Assembly: GCA_031399315.1 (NCBI GenBank) | Contig: JANNOS010000106.1 | Coordinates: 32,385-96,384 of the forward strand | Source: Methylophilaceae bacterium | Lineage (GTDB): Bacteria; Pseudomonadota; Gammaproteobacteria; Burkholderiales; Methylophilaceae | DNA length: 64,000 bases | Direction of reading: 5' to 3' | Part shown: positions 29,507-41,867 of the stretch, one piece after another | Numbering within the stretch: position 1 is the first letter of the stretch | Layout of the letters: each line of letters opens with the position of its first letter | The notes under the pieces: generated by a model | Database searches by the model: none | The model's input: only the letters and a program-made list of their open reading frames with translations | Told to the model about the DNA's origin: nothing | Made by a program: the position numbers and the translations under genes

Positions 29507-30703
29507 TTAATCTTTTGCAGCTTTTGCAACCGCCTCTGAAACCCGCGTTAATAAACGCTTATCAAATGGTTTCGGGATGATATATTCGCGTCCAAACTCA
29601 AGCTCGGTCAAATTGTAAGCTTCTAGCACATCCGCAGGCACTGGCTCACGCGCCAACTCGCTTAAAGCATGTGCTGCAGCAATTTTCATTTTCTCAGTAA
29701 TTTTTGTCGCTTTTGCATCTAGCGCGCCGCGGAACAAATACGGAAAACATAAGGCATTATTCACTTGATTTGGAAAGTCGCTGCGGCCAGTCGCCATTAA
29801 AATGTCATCGCGAATCGCATGCGCAACACTTGGTAATACCTCAGGGTCTGGGTTTGCCAATGCAAAAATGATCGGATTTTTTGCCATGCCTTTAATGAGC
29901 GTTGCATCCAAGGCATTTTTAGCTGAAACACCAATAAATACATCCGCTTGCGGCATGACATCTGCTAGCGTTTTAGCACTGCTAGGTTTTACGGCCAACT
30001 CGCGATTGTTGTCATGCAAATCAGCGCGATTGGTATCTAGCACGCCTGTTCTATCTACCATGGTAATATTAGTTACACCCATTAATTTCAATAACTTAGC
30101 ACACGAACAGCCAGCTGCACCTGCGCCTAAAAACACAATTTTTGCTGTCGCTATTGTTTTACCTTGTATCTCTAAAGCGTTTAACAAAGCCGCAGCTACA
30201 ATCACTGCTGTGCCATGCTGATCATCATGAAACACGGGGATATCTAAGCGTCTTTTAAGTTCATTTTCAATATAAAAACAATGCGGTGCGGCAATATCCT
30301 CTAAGTTAATGCCGCCAAATGTTGGGGCAATATTCACCACTGTTTGAATAAATTCATCTGGCGTTGCTGCATTCACTTCAATATCAAACACGTCAATCCC
30401 AGCAAAGCGTTTAAACAATACCGCTTTGCCTTCCATCACTGGCTTGCTAGCAAGCGCGCCCATATTACCCAAACCTAGCACCGCAGTACCATCAGTAATC
30501 ACTGCAACCAAGTTACCTTTATTGGTGTATTTATACGCATTTGCAGGGTCAGCATTAATTTCGCGCACAGGCTCAGCGACGCCTGGCGTGTAGGCAAGCG
30601 ACAAATCATCTTGCGTTGCACAAGGCTTGGATGATTCCACCGACAACTTTCCAGGAATAGGGAATTGGTGATAATCGAGTGCGCGTTTTTTCAAGTCATC
30701 CAT
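29507..30703 (-). CDS. maeB: Malic enzyme (MaeB N-terminal type, no phosphotransacetylase domain)
   Basis: [52 protein letters not shown]; 398 aa. Confidence 0.9.
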   Translation of the reverse strand: MDDLKKRALDYHQFPIPGKLSVESSKPCATQDDLSLAYTPGVAEPVREINADPANAYKYTNKGNLVAVITDGTAVLGLGNMGALASKPVMEGKAVLFKRFAGIDVFDIEVNAATPDEFIQTVVNIAPTFGGINLEDIAAPHCFYIENELKRRLDIPVFHDDQHGTAVIVAAALLNALEIQGKTIATAKIVFLGAGAAGCSCAKLLKLMGVTNITMVDRTGVLDTNRADLHDNNRELAVKPSSAKTLADVMPQADVFIGVSAKNALDATLIKGMAKNPIIFALANPDPEVLPSVAHAIRDDILMATGRSDFPNQVNNALCFPYLFRGALDAKATKITEKMKIAAAHALSELAREPVPADVLEAYNLTELEFGREYIIPKPFDKRLLTRVSEAVAKAAKD

Positions 30704-30717
30704 TTTTGATTATCCTG

Positions 30718-31485
30718 TTATTCCAATTCACTCATGTAGTGATGATCGTCTGTTAAGCAGAGCCCTAGCCGCCATTCCATAGGTTTATCACCATAGGTAT
30801 AAGATACGCGCTCTATACTTAATAATGGCGCGCCAACTTTTAGCCCTAATGCTTCAGCAACATCACCGCTTGCCGCAACGGCAGTCAAACGTTCTTCCGC
30901 ACGTATCATACGAATGCCATATTCCGTTTCATACATGCTGTACATCGAACCTTGATTTTCTTCGACTCTAGTCGCATTCAAGCCTTTAAACGGTGCTGCT
31001 GGGATAATAATGTGGTCGTAAATCAATGGTCTACCAGAAAACGTCAGCAGGCGTTTTACATCAATCAGCGCCGCGCTAGCTTTCAATTCTAAAATTTTAG
31101 CAAAATGCGCATCTGCTTTGGTTTTGCCACAAGAGATGAGCTCATTCTGCAGCGTTTCCTTTTGCCCGTTTGCCGCTGTGAGCCTTAAAAAACGCAACTT
31201 GATGCCTTCTTCATTATGCGTTGCTACAAAAGTGCCTTTGCCTTGCCTTCGAATGAGAATGTTCTCGCCCGCTAAGCTATCAATTGCCTTTCTAACTGTA
31301 CCTTGACTTACTTTATAGCGCCCAGCCAATTCAATTTCACTGGGAATCATATCGCCAGGACGCCACTCACCACCAATTAAGCTTTGCGTAAGCAAGACTT
31401 TAATTTGGTCGTATAGCGGCCTATAGCTAGGTGAGTTAAATGCTTTATCCATCATTATGTTTAACAAAGTAGAAATTTCTAACAT
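30718..31485 (-). CDS. GntR/HutC-family regulator (betaproteobacterial 'SdhR' type)
   Basis: PLYDQIK, PSEIELA, VSQGTVRKA, RRQGKGTFV plus UTRA domain; immediately upstream of the sdh genes. Confidence 0.9.
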   Translation of the reverse strand: MLEISTLLNIMMDKAFNSPSYRPLYDQIKVLLTQSLIGGEWRPGDMIPSEIELAGRYKVSQGTVRKAIDSLAGENILIRRQGKGTFVATHNEEGIKLRFLRLTAANGQKETLQNELISCGKTKADAHFAKILELKASAALIDVKRLLTFSGRPLIYDHIIIPAAPFKGLNATRVEENQGSMYSMYETEYGIRMIRAEERLTAVAASGDVAEALGLKVGAPLLSIERVSYTYGDKPMEWRLGLCLTDDHHYMSELE

Positions 31486-31529
31486 TAAGATAATTTAATT
31501 AAAACATATCAATAAAAAATAGTCCAGTA

Positions 31530-31555
31530 TTTTATATCTTATATAAGACATAAGA
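31530..31555. promoter_or_regulatory. Palindromic GntR (SdhR-type) operator
   Basis: ttttatatcttatataagacataaga; 24/26 match to the SdhR motif as I recall it (TCTTATGTCTTATATAAGACATAAGA). Confidence 0.7.
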
Positions 31556-31561
31556 TATTTG

Positions 31562-31591
31562 TTGACATTGTAAGAAACCGCTCTATATAAT
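31562..31591 (+). promoter_or_regulatory. Consensus sigma70 promoter for the citE-mch-citE-prpBCD arm
   Basis: TTGACA (31562-31567) - 18 nt - TATAAT (31586-31591). Confidence 0.8.
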
Positions 31592-31645
31592 CGTCAAATT
31601 ACGTTAAATGACTAAACACAGGTCGCCACTATTTAGGTTTAATTT

Positions 31646-32527
31646 ATGGAACTTCACTTTCGCCCACGTCGATCGATGCTATATGTGCCAGGTTGCAACC
31701 TGCACTATTTGGATCGTGCACGCACCTTAGCTGCCGACTCTGTTATTCTTGATTTGGGCGACCCTATATTAGTAGCAGCAAAAGAAGAATCTCGCCAAAA
31801 CGTTGTGGCTGCTGTTAAACAAGGTGGTTATGGGGCGCGTGAAGTGATTGTGCGCGTGAATAATTTAGATTCTATTTGGGGTCATGATGATATTAAAGCC
31901 GTCGCTAATATTGGTGCCGATGCCATTTTGTTTCCAAATATCGAATCTGCTGAGCATGTGCATGCTGCGCTTAAACTATTAGACGAAGCTGGTGGTGGGC
32001 ATATGCCTATCATGGTGCTGATTGAAAGCCCGATCGCCGTTTTAAATGCCAAAGAAATTGCGGCAGCATCTGAGCGCATTATCTGCATGATGATTGCGAC
32101 CTCAGATTTAACCTCGCAATTGCACGCACGCGTGACACATGAGCAAAGCGCCATATTAACTGCACTATCTTTGGTGATATTAGCAGCCAGAGCTTATGGA
32201 CGCTGTGTGGTAGATGGTATTACTAGTGACTTTAAAAATGTACATGCATTTGAATACGCTTGCAGGCTGGGGCGCGACATGGGCTTTGACGGAAAAACAT
32301 TAGTGCACCCTGGCCAAATCGCTTATAGCAATGATGCTTATACCCCTAAGGCGTCTGAGGTGGCCGATGCGCGGTGCATTATTGCAGCATTAAAAGAGGC
32401 TAATAAATCAGGGCTTGGCACGGTGGTAGTGAAAGATAAATTGGTCGAACACCACCATGTAAAAGCCGCACAGCGGTTGTTAAAACTAAGCGAAATGATT
32501 GCAGAACTTGAAGAAGAGTTTATATAA
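31646..32527 (+). CDS. CitE-family enzyme, (S)-malyl-CoA thioesterase (Mcl2)-like (paralogue 2)
   Basis: RPRRSMLYVPG, IVRVN, LIESP, GFDGKTLVHPGQ, C-terminal KLVEHHHV similar to Mcl2-type LVENLH. Confidence 0.8.
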   Translation: MELHFRPRRSMLYVPGCNLHYLDRARTLAADSVILDLGDPILVAAKEESRQNVVAAVKQGGYGAREVIVRVNNLDSIWGHDDIKAVANIGADAILFPNIESAEHVHAALKLLDEAGGGHMPIMVLIESPIAVLNAKEIAAASERIICMMIATSDLTSQLHARVTHEQSAILTALSLVILAARAYGRCVVDGITSDFKNVHAFEYACRLGRDMGFDGKTLVHPGQIAYSNDAYTPKASEVADARCIIAALKEANKSGLGTVVVKDKLVEHHHVKAAQRLLKLSEMIAELEEEFI

Positions 32528-33613
32528 ATGACAACAACATCCAAAATTATCCCTCAAAAAATTAATAGGGACCGCTTTTTTGAAGACTTCACCTTAAATG
32601 AAGTGATTCAACACGCCACACCACGCACCATTACCGCGGGCGATTGTGCCTTATATATTGGGCTTTACGGCAGTCGCGATCCATTGCATTGCAGCGAGCC
32701 TTTTGCGCAATCATTGGGTTACAAAACGACGCCTGTCGATGACTTATTAGCGTTTCATATTGCGTTTGGTAAAACCGTCCCCGACATTTCCGTGAATGCA
32801 GTGGCTAACTTAGGCTATGCCGATGTGCGTTTTTTACAACCTGTTTTTGTGGGCGACACGCTAAGCACCTCTAGTCAAGTGATTGGTTTAAAACAAAACT
32901 CTAATGGAAAAAACGGTGTGGTTTGGGTGCAATCAACTTCCGTTAACCAAAATCAAGAGCCTGTATTGCGCTGGGTGCGTTGGGTCATGGTACATAAAAG
33001 CAATATAAATGCACCTGCGCCAGAAACTGTGATTCCAAGTTTACCTAGCCATGTTAGCCCAGAGCAGCTACATGTGCCGCAAAGTCTTGTGGTACACAAT
33101 GAAATCAAAACAGCAACAGGCGGACAATATTGCTGGGAGGATTATCAAGCAGGTGAGCGTATCAACCATGCAGCAGGCATGACCATTAACGATAGTGATC
33201 ACAGCTTAGCTACTAGGCTTTATCAAAATAATGCACGCCTACACTTTGATGCACACATGATGCAATCATCAGCCATGGGGGAAAGGTTGGTATACGGCGG
33301 CGTGATTATTTCAGCTTGCCGCGCACTCAGTTTTGAGGGTTTAGAAAACGCGCTTAGCATTCTTGCCATTAATGGCGGCACACACGCTAACCCTAGCTTT
33401 GCAGGTGATACGATTTATACGATGACGGAAGTGATTGATACGTGGTTACTGCCTAACCGCACGGATATTGGCGCATTGCGCTTGCGTATGGTGGGCTTGA
33501 AAAATATTTCATCGGATGAAGTTAACACAATCAAATCAGAACAAGGTTATCACCAAAATGTCGTATTAGATTTAGATTACACCGTGGCAATTCCACGAAG
33601 GAAAATTAAATAA
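32528..33613 (+). CDS. mch: Mesaconyl-C1-CoA hydratase / beta-methylmalyl-CoA dehydratase (tandem MaoC)
   Basis: FFEDF...HATPRTIT.GD.ALY..LYGSR, FGKTVPDISVNAVANLGYA, ATRLYQNNARLHF, NPSFAGDTIY, LDLDYTV: colinear with Mch of Chloroflexus/Rhodobacter. Confidence 0.82.
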   Translation: MTTTSKIIPQKINRDRFFEDFTLNEVIQHATPRTITAGDCALYIGLYGSRDPLHCSEPFAQSLGYKTTPVDDLLAFHIAFGKTVPDISVNAVANLGYADVRFLQPVFVGDTLSTSSQVIGLKQNSNGKNGVVWVQSTSVNQNQEPVLRWVRWVMVHKSNINAPAPETVIPSLPSHVSPEQLHVPQSLVVHNEIKTATGGQYCWEDYQAGERINHAAGMTINDSDHSLATRLYQNNARLHFDAHMMQSSAMGERLVYGGVIISACRALSFEGLENALSILAINGGTHANPSFAGDTIYTMTEVIDTWLLPNRTDIGALRLRMVGLKNISSDEVNTIKSEQGYHQNVVLDLDYTVAIPRRKIK

Positions 33614-34623
33614 TGAACTTACAAAAACCACATCCAAAAGATGCCTTATTCGGTGGCGAAAAACCGTTTCCACTGATCCCCGCTTGTGAACACTTTGCAG
33701 GCAGTGAAAAGCTTATTTTAAAAGCACTTTCACTGCAAGACAGCAATAATCCAAACGCTGTTGGTGCGGTGTTTGATATTACTTGCGATTGCGAAGATGG
33801 CGCAGCAAGCGGTCAAGAGCGTGACCATGCTGAAATGATTGTGCGAGCACTTAACTCTGATGTCAACCAACATAAAATGGCTGGTGCACGCATTCACGAT
33901 TACACACACCCCGCTTGGAAACAGGATATCGATATTTTGGTAGGCGGTGCTGGCAATCTATTAAGTTACATCACTATTCCAAAATGTACCGATTTTGTAC
34001 AAGCGTCTGAAATGATTACTTACATTCAAAATACGACCAAGAGGAATAAAATTAGTCGCAAAATTCCAGTGCATATTTTGATAGAAACGCACGGCGCATT
34101 GAAACAAGTGCACGATATTGCTAGATTACCCTGGTTGCAAGTGCTGGATTTTGGCTTGATGGATTTTGTAAGTGCACATCATGGTGCGATTCCAGCATCG
34201 GCCATGCGCAGCCCTGGCCAATTTGAACACCGTTTATTAGCACGCGCCAAAGCCGAGGTGGTAGCTGCCGCCTTAGCCAATGGCGTGGTGCCAGCGCATA
34301 ACGTCACGCTAGATTTAAAAAATGTGGAAACCACATTTAGCGACGCTAGCCGCGCGCGCAACGAATTTGGCTTTATGCGTATGTGGAGCATTTACCCGAC
34401 GCAAATCCAAGCGATTGTTGACGCGATGAAACCAAATTTTGACGAGGTATCTGATGCTGCAAACATCCTCCTTGCCGCTCAACAAGCGGACTGGGGACCA
34501 ATTCAATATGCTGGCGAATTGCACGACCGCGCTACCTACCGTTATTTTTGGGAGATTTTGCAAAAAGCCAAACTCACAGGCGTAGCAATTTCTGATGAAT
34601 CTAATAAAGCTTTTTTTAGCTAG
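33613..34623 (+). CDS. CitE/HpcH-HpaI family CoA-ester lyase (betaproteobacterial mdh-linked type; paralogue 3)
   Basis: HPKDALF...PACEHFAGSEK, DCEDGA, RIHD, LIETHGA, DFGLMDF, FMRMWSIYPTQI. Confidence 0.85.
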   Translation: MNLQKPHPKDALFGGEKPFPLIPACEHFAGSEKLILKALSLQDSNNPNAVGAVFDITCDCEDGAASGQERDHAEMIVRALNSDVNQHKMAGARIHDYTHPAWKQDIDILVGGAGNLLSYITIPKCTDFVQASEMITYIQNTTKRNKISRKIPVHILIETHGALKQVHDIARLPWLQVLDFGLMDFVSAHHGAIPASAMRSPGQFEHRLLARAKAEVVAAALANGVVPAHNVTLDLKNVETTFSDASRARNEFGFMRMWSIYPTQIQAIVDAMKPNFDEVSDAANILLAAQQADWGPIQYAGELHDRATYRYFWEILQKAKLTGVAISDESNKAFFS

Positions 34624-34643
34624 ATGCCTAAAGAGTAAATAAT

Positions 34644-35543
34644 ATGACGAATCCCATGACTGCAGGTGCACGTTTTCGTGCCGCACTAGCTGCCGAAAAG
34701 CCACTACAAATTATCGGCGCGATCAACGCTTACCACGCCATGTTAGCCACACAATCTGGCTTCAAAGCCATTTACCTTTCTGGCGGTGGCGTAGCAGCTG
34801 GCTCGCTGGGCTTACCCGATTTAGGTATATCTACATTAGAAGATGTATTGATTGATGTGCGCCGCATTACCGACGCCGTCGATACTCCACTCTTAGTCGA
34901 TATCGACACTGGTTGGGGAGGTGCATTTAATATAGCACGCTCAGTAAAAAGTGTGGCAAAAGCAGGTGCGGCGGCAATACATATCGAAGACCAAGTTTCC
35001 GCAAAACGTTGTGGACACCGCCCCAATAAAGCCATTGTCAGCCTAGACGAAATGGTAGACCGCATAAAAGCAGCTGTCGATGCAAAACCCTACGACGACT
35101 TTGTAGTCATGGCGCGTACTGATGCTTTAGCTGTTGAAGGCTTGCAATCGGCGATTGACAGGGCATGCGCTTGTGTTGAGGCAGGCGCAGATATGATTTT
35201 CCCCGAAGCGATGACTGAACTCAGCATGTACAAACAATTTGTAGATGCGGTAAAAGTGCCCGTATTAGCCAACATTACCGAATTTGGTGCGACACCGTTA
35301 TTTACCGTGGATGAGTTGGCAAGCGCTGACGTAAGCATGGTGCTATACCCGCTTTCAGCATTCCGCGCCATGAATCAAGCTGCACTTAACGTGTATCAAG
35401 CAGTAAAAAAAAATGGCTCACAAAAAAATGTACTTAACTTAATGCAAACACGCATGGAATTGTATGAGCACTTGGGTTACCACACATTCGAGCAAAGGCT
35501 AGACAAATTATTCTCAGACGAATTATTCAAGGGAGAAAAGTAG
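34644..35543 (+). CDS. prpB: 2-methylisocitrate lyase
   Basis: [40 protein letters not shown]. Confidence 0.96.
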   Translation: MTNPMTAGARFRAALAAEKPLQIIGAINAYHAMLATQSGFKAIYLSGGGVAAGSLGLPDLGISTLEDVLIDVRRITDAVDTPLLVDIDTGWGGAFNIARSVKSVAKAGAAAIHIEDQVSAKRCGHRPNKAIVSLDEMVDRIKAAVDAKPYDDFVVMARTDALAVEGLQSAIDRACACVEAGADMIFPEAMTELSMYKQFVDAVKVPVLANITEFGATPLFTVDELASADVSMVLYPLSAFRAMNQAALNVYQAVKKNGSQKNVLNLMQTRMELYEHLGYHTFEQRLDKLFSDELFKGEK

Positions 35544-35545
35544 CC

Positions 35546-36709
35546 ATGAGTAAAAGTAACAATCAAACGACTACTCAAGAACCAAAAAAGAAAAAAGGCG
35601 TTGCCTTAGCTGGTGTTAATGCGGGTTCGACTGCCATTTGTACGGTTGGTCATACAGGTAACGATTTGCATTATCGTGGTTACGATATTATCGAGCTAGC
35701 AAAATATGCAACGTTTGAAGAAGTCGCTTATTTACTGATTCATGGTGAATTGCCAAATAAAACACAATTGAGTACGTATCACGCAAAACTTAAAACCTTA
35801 CGCGCCTTGCCAGCGGCATTAAAATTAGTGCTCGAACAAATCCCAAAAAACGCACACCCAATGGATGTGATGCGCACTGGCTGTTCTATGCTGGGGACTT
35901 TGGAACCTGAAGCGGCAGACCGCAATATAGATGCTGCCAAAGACTTGGGTGACAAATTAATCGCTTGTTTCGGGTCAATTTTATTGTACTGGCATCACTA
36001 TAGCCATAATGGCAAACGAGTAGAAATTGAAACCGATGATGACAGCGTTGCGGCACATTTTTTACATGTACTGCATGGTAAAAAACCTAGCCAATTGCAC
36101 ATCGATGCGATGAACACCTCACTAGTACTTTATGCGGAGCATGAGTTTAATGCCAGCACATTTACCGCACGCGTGATTGCGGGTACTTTATCTGATATGT
36201 ATAGCTGCATCACTGGTGCGATTGGTGCATTGCGCGGCCCCAAACATGGTGGCGCAAATGAAGCAGCAATGGGAATCATTGAGCGTTATAGGTCGCCAGA
36301 AGCTGCTGAGGCTGACATATTAGCGCGCATGGCGAAAAAAGAAATCATTATTGGCTTTGGTCATCCCGTTTACACGATTGCTGACCCAAGAAATGAATCA
36401 ATTAAAGCAGTTTCACGTAAATTAAGCGAAGGTAACGGCAATATGACGTTATTTAACGTTTCTTCACGTATAGAAGAAGTGATGTGGCGCGAGAAAAAAA
36501 TGTTCCCAAATTTAGATTGGTACAGCGCCTCTAGCTACCACATGATGGGTATACCTACAGGCATGTTCACACCGATTTTTGTGATTTCTCGCACTACGGG
36601 CTGGGTTGCGCACGTGATTGAACAACGTATAGACAACAAAATTATTCGACCAAATGCAGAATATATTGGGCCAAATAATAGGCCTTTTGTGGAGCTAAAC
36701 GAACGCTAA
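35546..36709 (+). CDS. prpC: 2-methylcitrate synthase
   Basis: [52 protein letters not shown]; between prpB and prpD. Confidence 0.95.
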   Translation: MSKSNNQTTTQEPKKKKGVALAGVNAGSTAICTVGHTGNDLHYRGYDIIELAKYATFEEVAYLLIHGELPNKTQLSTYHAKLKTLRALPAALKLVLEQIPKNAHPMDVMRTGCSMLGTLEPEAADRNIDAAKDLGDKLIACFGSILLYWHHYSHNGKRVEIETDDDSVAAHFLHVLHGKKPSQLHIDAMNTSLVLYAEHEFNASTFTARVIAGTLSDMYSCITGAIGALRGPKHGGANEAAMGIIERYRSPEAAEADILARMAKKEIIIGFGHPVYTIADPRNESIKAVSRKLSEGNGNMTLFNVSSRIEEVMWREKKMFPNLDWYSASSYHMMGIPTGMFTPIFVISRTTGWVAHVIEQRIDNKIIRPNAEYIGPNNRPFVELNER

Positions 36710-36713
36710 CTAC

Positions 36714-36741
36714 CGTCATTCCCGTGAAAACGGGAATGACG
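36714..36741. repeat. dRS3/RPE-type palindrome (ATTCCC-N8-GGGAAT)
   Basis: cgtcattcccg-tgaaaa-cgggaatgacg, perfect 11-bp stem. Confidence 0.75.
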
Positions 36742-36785
36742 ACCAAAGAAAATTTCGCATCAAATAAAAATTTAGGGATCTTTAA

Positions 36786-38249
36786 ATGTCAGCTCATATT
36801 TCAAACGTACGCCCAGCTCCAGACCAAGTGATTGTCGATATTGCCAACTACGTTGCCGATTACGAAATCAAATCTGATGAAGCATTTGACACTGCGCGTA
36901 ACTGTTTAATGGATACACTTGGTTGCGGCTTTGAAGCGCTAGATTACCCAGCTTGCACTAAACTGCTCGGGCCTGTGATTACTGGCACAGTAGTTCCTAA
37001 TGGCGCAAAAGTGCCAGGTACAAGTTATCAGTTAGACCCGATTTTAGCTGCTTTTAACATCGGGGCGATGATACGCTGGTTAGACTTTAACGACACTTGG
37101 TTAGCGGCAGAATGGGGTCACCCTTCAGATAACTTAGGTGGTATCTTAGCAACAGCAGATTACATTTCACGCAAAAATGTAACCGAAGGCAAAGCAGCGC
37201 TTACGATTAAAGACGTGCTCACCGCCATGATTAAAGCACACGAAATTCAAGGTGTATTAGCCCTTGAAAACAGCTTTAACCGCGTAGGTTTAGACCATGT
37301 AATATTAGTCAAAATCGCCTCTACCGCCGTTGTAACCAAGCTATTAGGCGGCAATAAAGAAGACATTATTAACGCCGTTTCTAATGCATTTGTAGATGGT
37401 CAAAGTTTACGTACGTACCGCCACTCGCCAAATACTGGCTCACGTAAATCTTGGGCAGCTGGCGATGCAACAAGCCGTGCTGTAAGACTTGCTTGGATGA
37501 CCATGCAAGGTGAAATGGGCTACCCAAGCGCACTCACCGCAAAAACATGGGGGTTTTACGATGTGTTATTTAAAGGCAACCAATTCAGATTTCAACGCGA
37601 CTACGGCAGTTATGTGATGGAACAAGTGCTGTTCAAAATCTCATTCCCTGCCGAATTCCATGCGCAAACCGCAGTGGAATGTGCCATTCAATTACATGCA
37701 CAAGTGGGTCGAGAACTACAAACCCTAGAGCAAATCGCACAAATTGAAAAAATCGTCATCACCACGCACGAATCCGCTATTCGTATTATTGATAAAACTG
37801 GCCCACTCGACAACCCTGCTGACCGTGACCACTGCATTCAATACATGGCCGCCATTGGTTTACTCAAAGGCAACTTAACCGCGCAAGATTATGAAGATGC
37901 AGCCGCAGCAGACCCACGCATTGATGCGATTCGCAGCAAAATGGTCTGTATTGAAAAAGAAGAATACACAACGGATTATCACGACCCAGAAAAACGCTCC
38001 ATTGCTAACGCCATTCAAGTATTTTTCAAAGACGGCACCAGCTCAGACAATATCGCCGTGGAATACCCCATCGGCCATCGCCGCCGCCGCCGTGGTGAAG
38101 GCATCCCAGAATTGGTTAAAAAATTCAAAGTGAATTTAAATAGACGGTTTGATGCAAAAAAACAAGCAGATATTTTGGCGTTATGTTTAGATCAAACAAA
38201 ACTGGAAACTACACCAGTAAATGTGTTTATAGATATGCTGGTGGTTTAA
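36786..38249 (+). CDS. prpD: 2-methylcitrate dehydratase
   Basis: [48 protein letters not shown]. Confidence 0.96.
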   Translation: MSAHISNVRPAPDQVIVDIANYVADYEIKSDEAFDTARNCLMDTLGCGFEALDYPACTKLLGPVITGTVVPNGAKVPGTSYQLDPILAAFNIGAMIRWLDFNDTWLAAEWGHPSDNLGGILATADYISRKNVTEGKAALTIKDVLTAMIKAHEIQGVLALENSFNRVGLDHVILVKIASTAVVTKLLGGNKEDIINAVSNAFVDGQSLRTYRHSPNTGSRKSWAAGDATSRAVRLAWMTMQGEMGYPSALTAKTWGFYDVLFKGNQFRFQRDYGSYVMEQVLFKISFPAEFHAQTAVECAIQLHAQVGRELQTLEQIAQIEKIVITTHESAIRIIDKTGPLDNPADRDHCIQYMAAIGLLKGNLTAQDYEDAAAADPRIDAIRSKMVCIEKEEYTTDYHDPEKRSIANAIQVFFKDGTSSDNIAVEYPIGHRRRRRGEGIPELVKKFKVNLNRRFDAKKQADILALCLDQTKLETTPVNVFIDMLVV

Positions 38250-38257
38250 TTGGTAGT

Positions 38258-38905
38258 TTAATCAGCTGAGCGAGTGGGGAATGATGCTTTTCCTGATTTA
38301 ACAAATTGAGTAACTTTAGTTAGCCTGCGATGATGTGCCATTAGCAGGCGTGCCGTCTCCTCTTCGTTTTTTGTATGCTTATTCAAATCGTCGAGGCTAT
38401 TAAAACCTATTCCTTTAGCCAGTTGCTTAGTAAGGGCTTCAGCTGCTTTGGCTTCAGCGAGAGTAAGTTTTAAAGACTGTAATTTAGCTTCTGCTCTTCT
38501 TTTGTCTAATTCTATATAAATTTTATGTAACCGTTTATATGCTTCTGCAGCTGCAATTGGGGCACTAAGATAGACAGCTAAAGATTTTGCCAATTGAATT
38601 GCAACATCAACGTTTAATATAAGGTCAAGCCAACCTGGAGAAGCGTACTTAATGGAATCAATTTGTGGCAGGTCAGTCTTTTGCACACTTGAGCGAAATA
38701 TGTCGTAAATACTGACATAACTTAAGCCACTTCTGAGCTCATATTCATCTAATACTTGCTCAATTCTGTACTTAGCAACGTCAACGACATCCGTCTCTAG
38801 GCAATAAACAAAAGAGTAATTTTGAAAATATACCCTTGAAAAAATCATTAAATCTTCAAGAGACCATTTACCATCCAGTAAAATTCTATAAGTTTTATTT
38901 GACAT
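38258..38905 (-). CDS. Hypothetical protein (IKYASPGWLDL motif)
   Basis: 215-aa ORF with RBS-like spacing, opposite strand, visibly AT-rich; no recognised family. Confidence 0.65.
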   Translation of the reverse strand: MSNKTYRILLDGKWSLEDLMIFSRVYFQNYSFVYCLETDVVDVAKYRIEQVLDEYELRSGLSYVSIYDIFRSSVQKTDLPQIDSIKYASPGWLDLILNVDVAIQLAKSLAVYLSAPIAAAEAYKRLHKIYIELDKRRAEAKLQSLKLTLAEAKAAEALTKQLAKGIGFNSLDDLNKHTKNEEETARLLMAHHRRLTKVTQFVKSGKASFPTRSAD

Positions 38906-38996
38906 TAATGCGACCCATATTTTTGTTAAGTGCTTATCTTCAATGTTAATTACTTATATTAAATTAATCATTTTGCACACCCTACGACTAGGGTAA

Positions 38997-40409
<1,413 letters not shown>

Positions 40410-40461
40410 CAGCATCCCACAATAGAATCCACCAAAATATGATGAACCTACATTTTGTCAC

Positions 40462-40538
40462 GTCATTGCGAGGAATAAAATGACGAAGCAATCCATCATT
40501 TTTCTAGATTGCCGCGGTGCGATGCACCTCGCAATGAC
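40462..40538. repeat. RPE5-like palindromic element (GTCATTGCGAG...CTCGCAATGAC)
   Basis: Perfect 11-bp terminal inverted repeats; inner gcaatc/gattgc stem. Confidence 0.8.
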
Positions 40539-40560
40539 AAAATAAACTTTTGCAAAGTAA

Positions 40561-41854
<1,294 letters not shown>

Positions 41855-41867
<13 letters not shown>

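Noticed and set aside
32528-33613. Full ethylmalonyl-CoA or 3-hydroxypropionate pathway inferred from mch
   Set aside because: No ccr, epi, ecm, mcd, mct or meh in the window
34315-34704. 129-aa antisense ORF and the many other 60-150 aa ORFs nested in housekeeping genes
   Set aside because: Fully overlap confident genes and show no recognisable motifs
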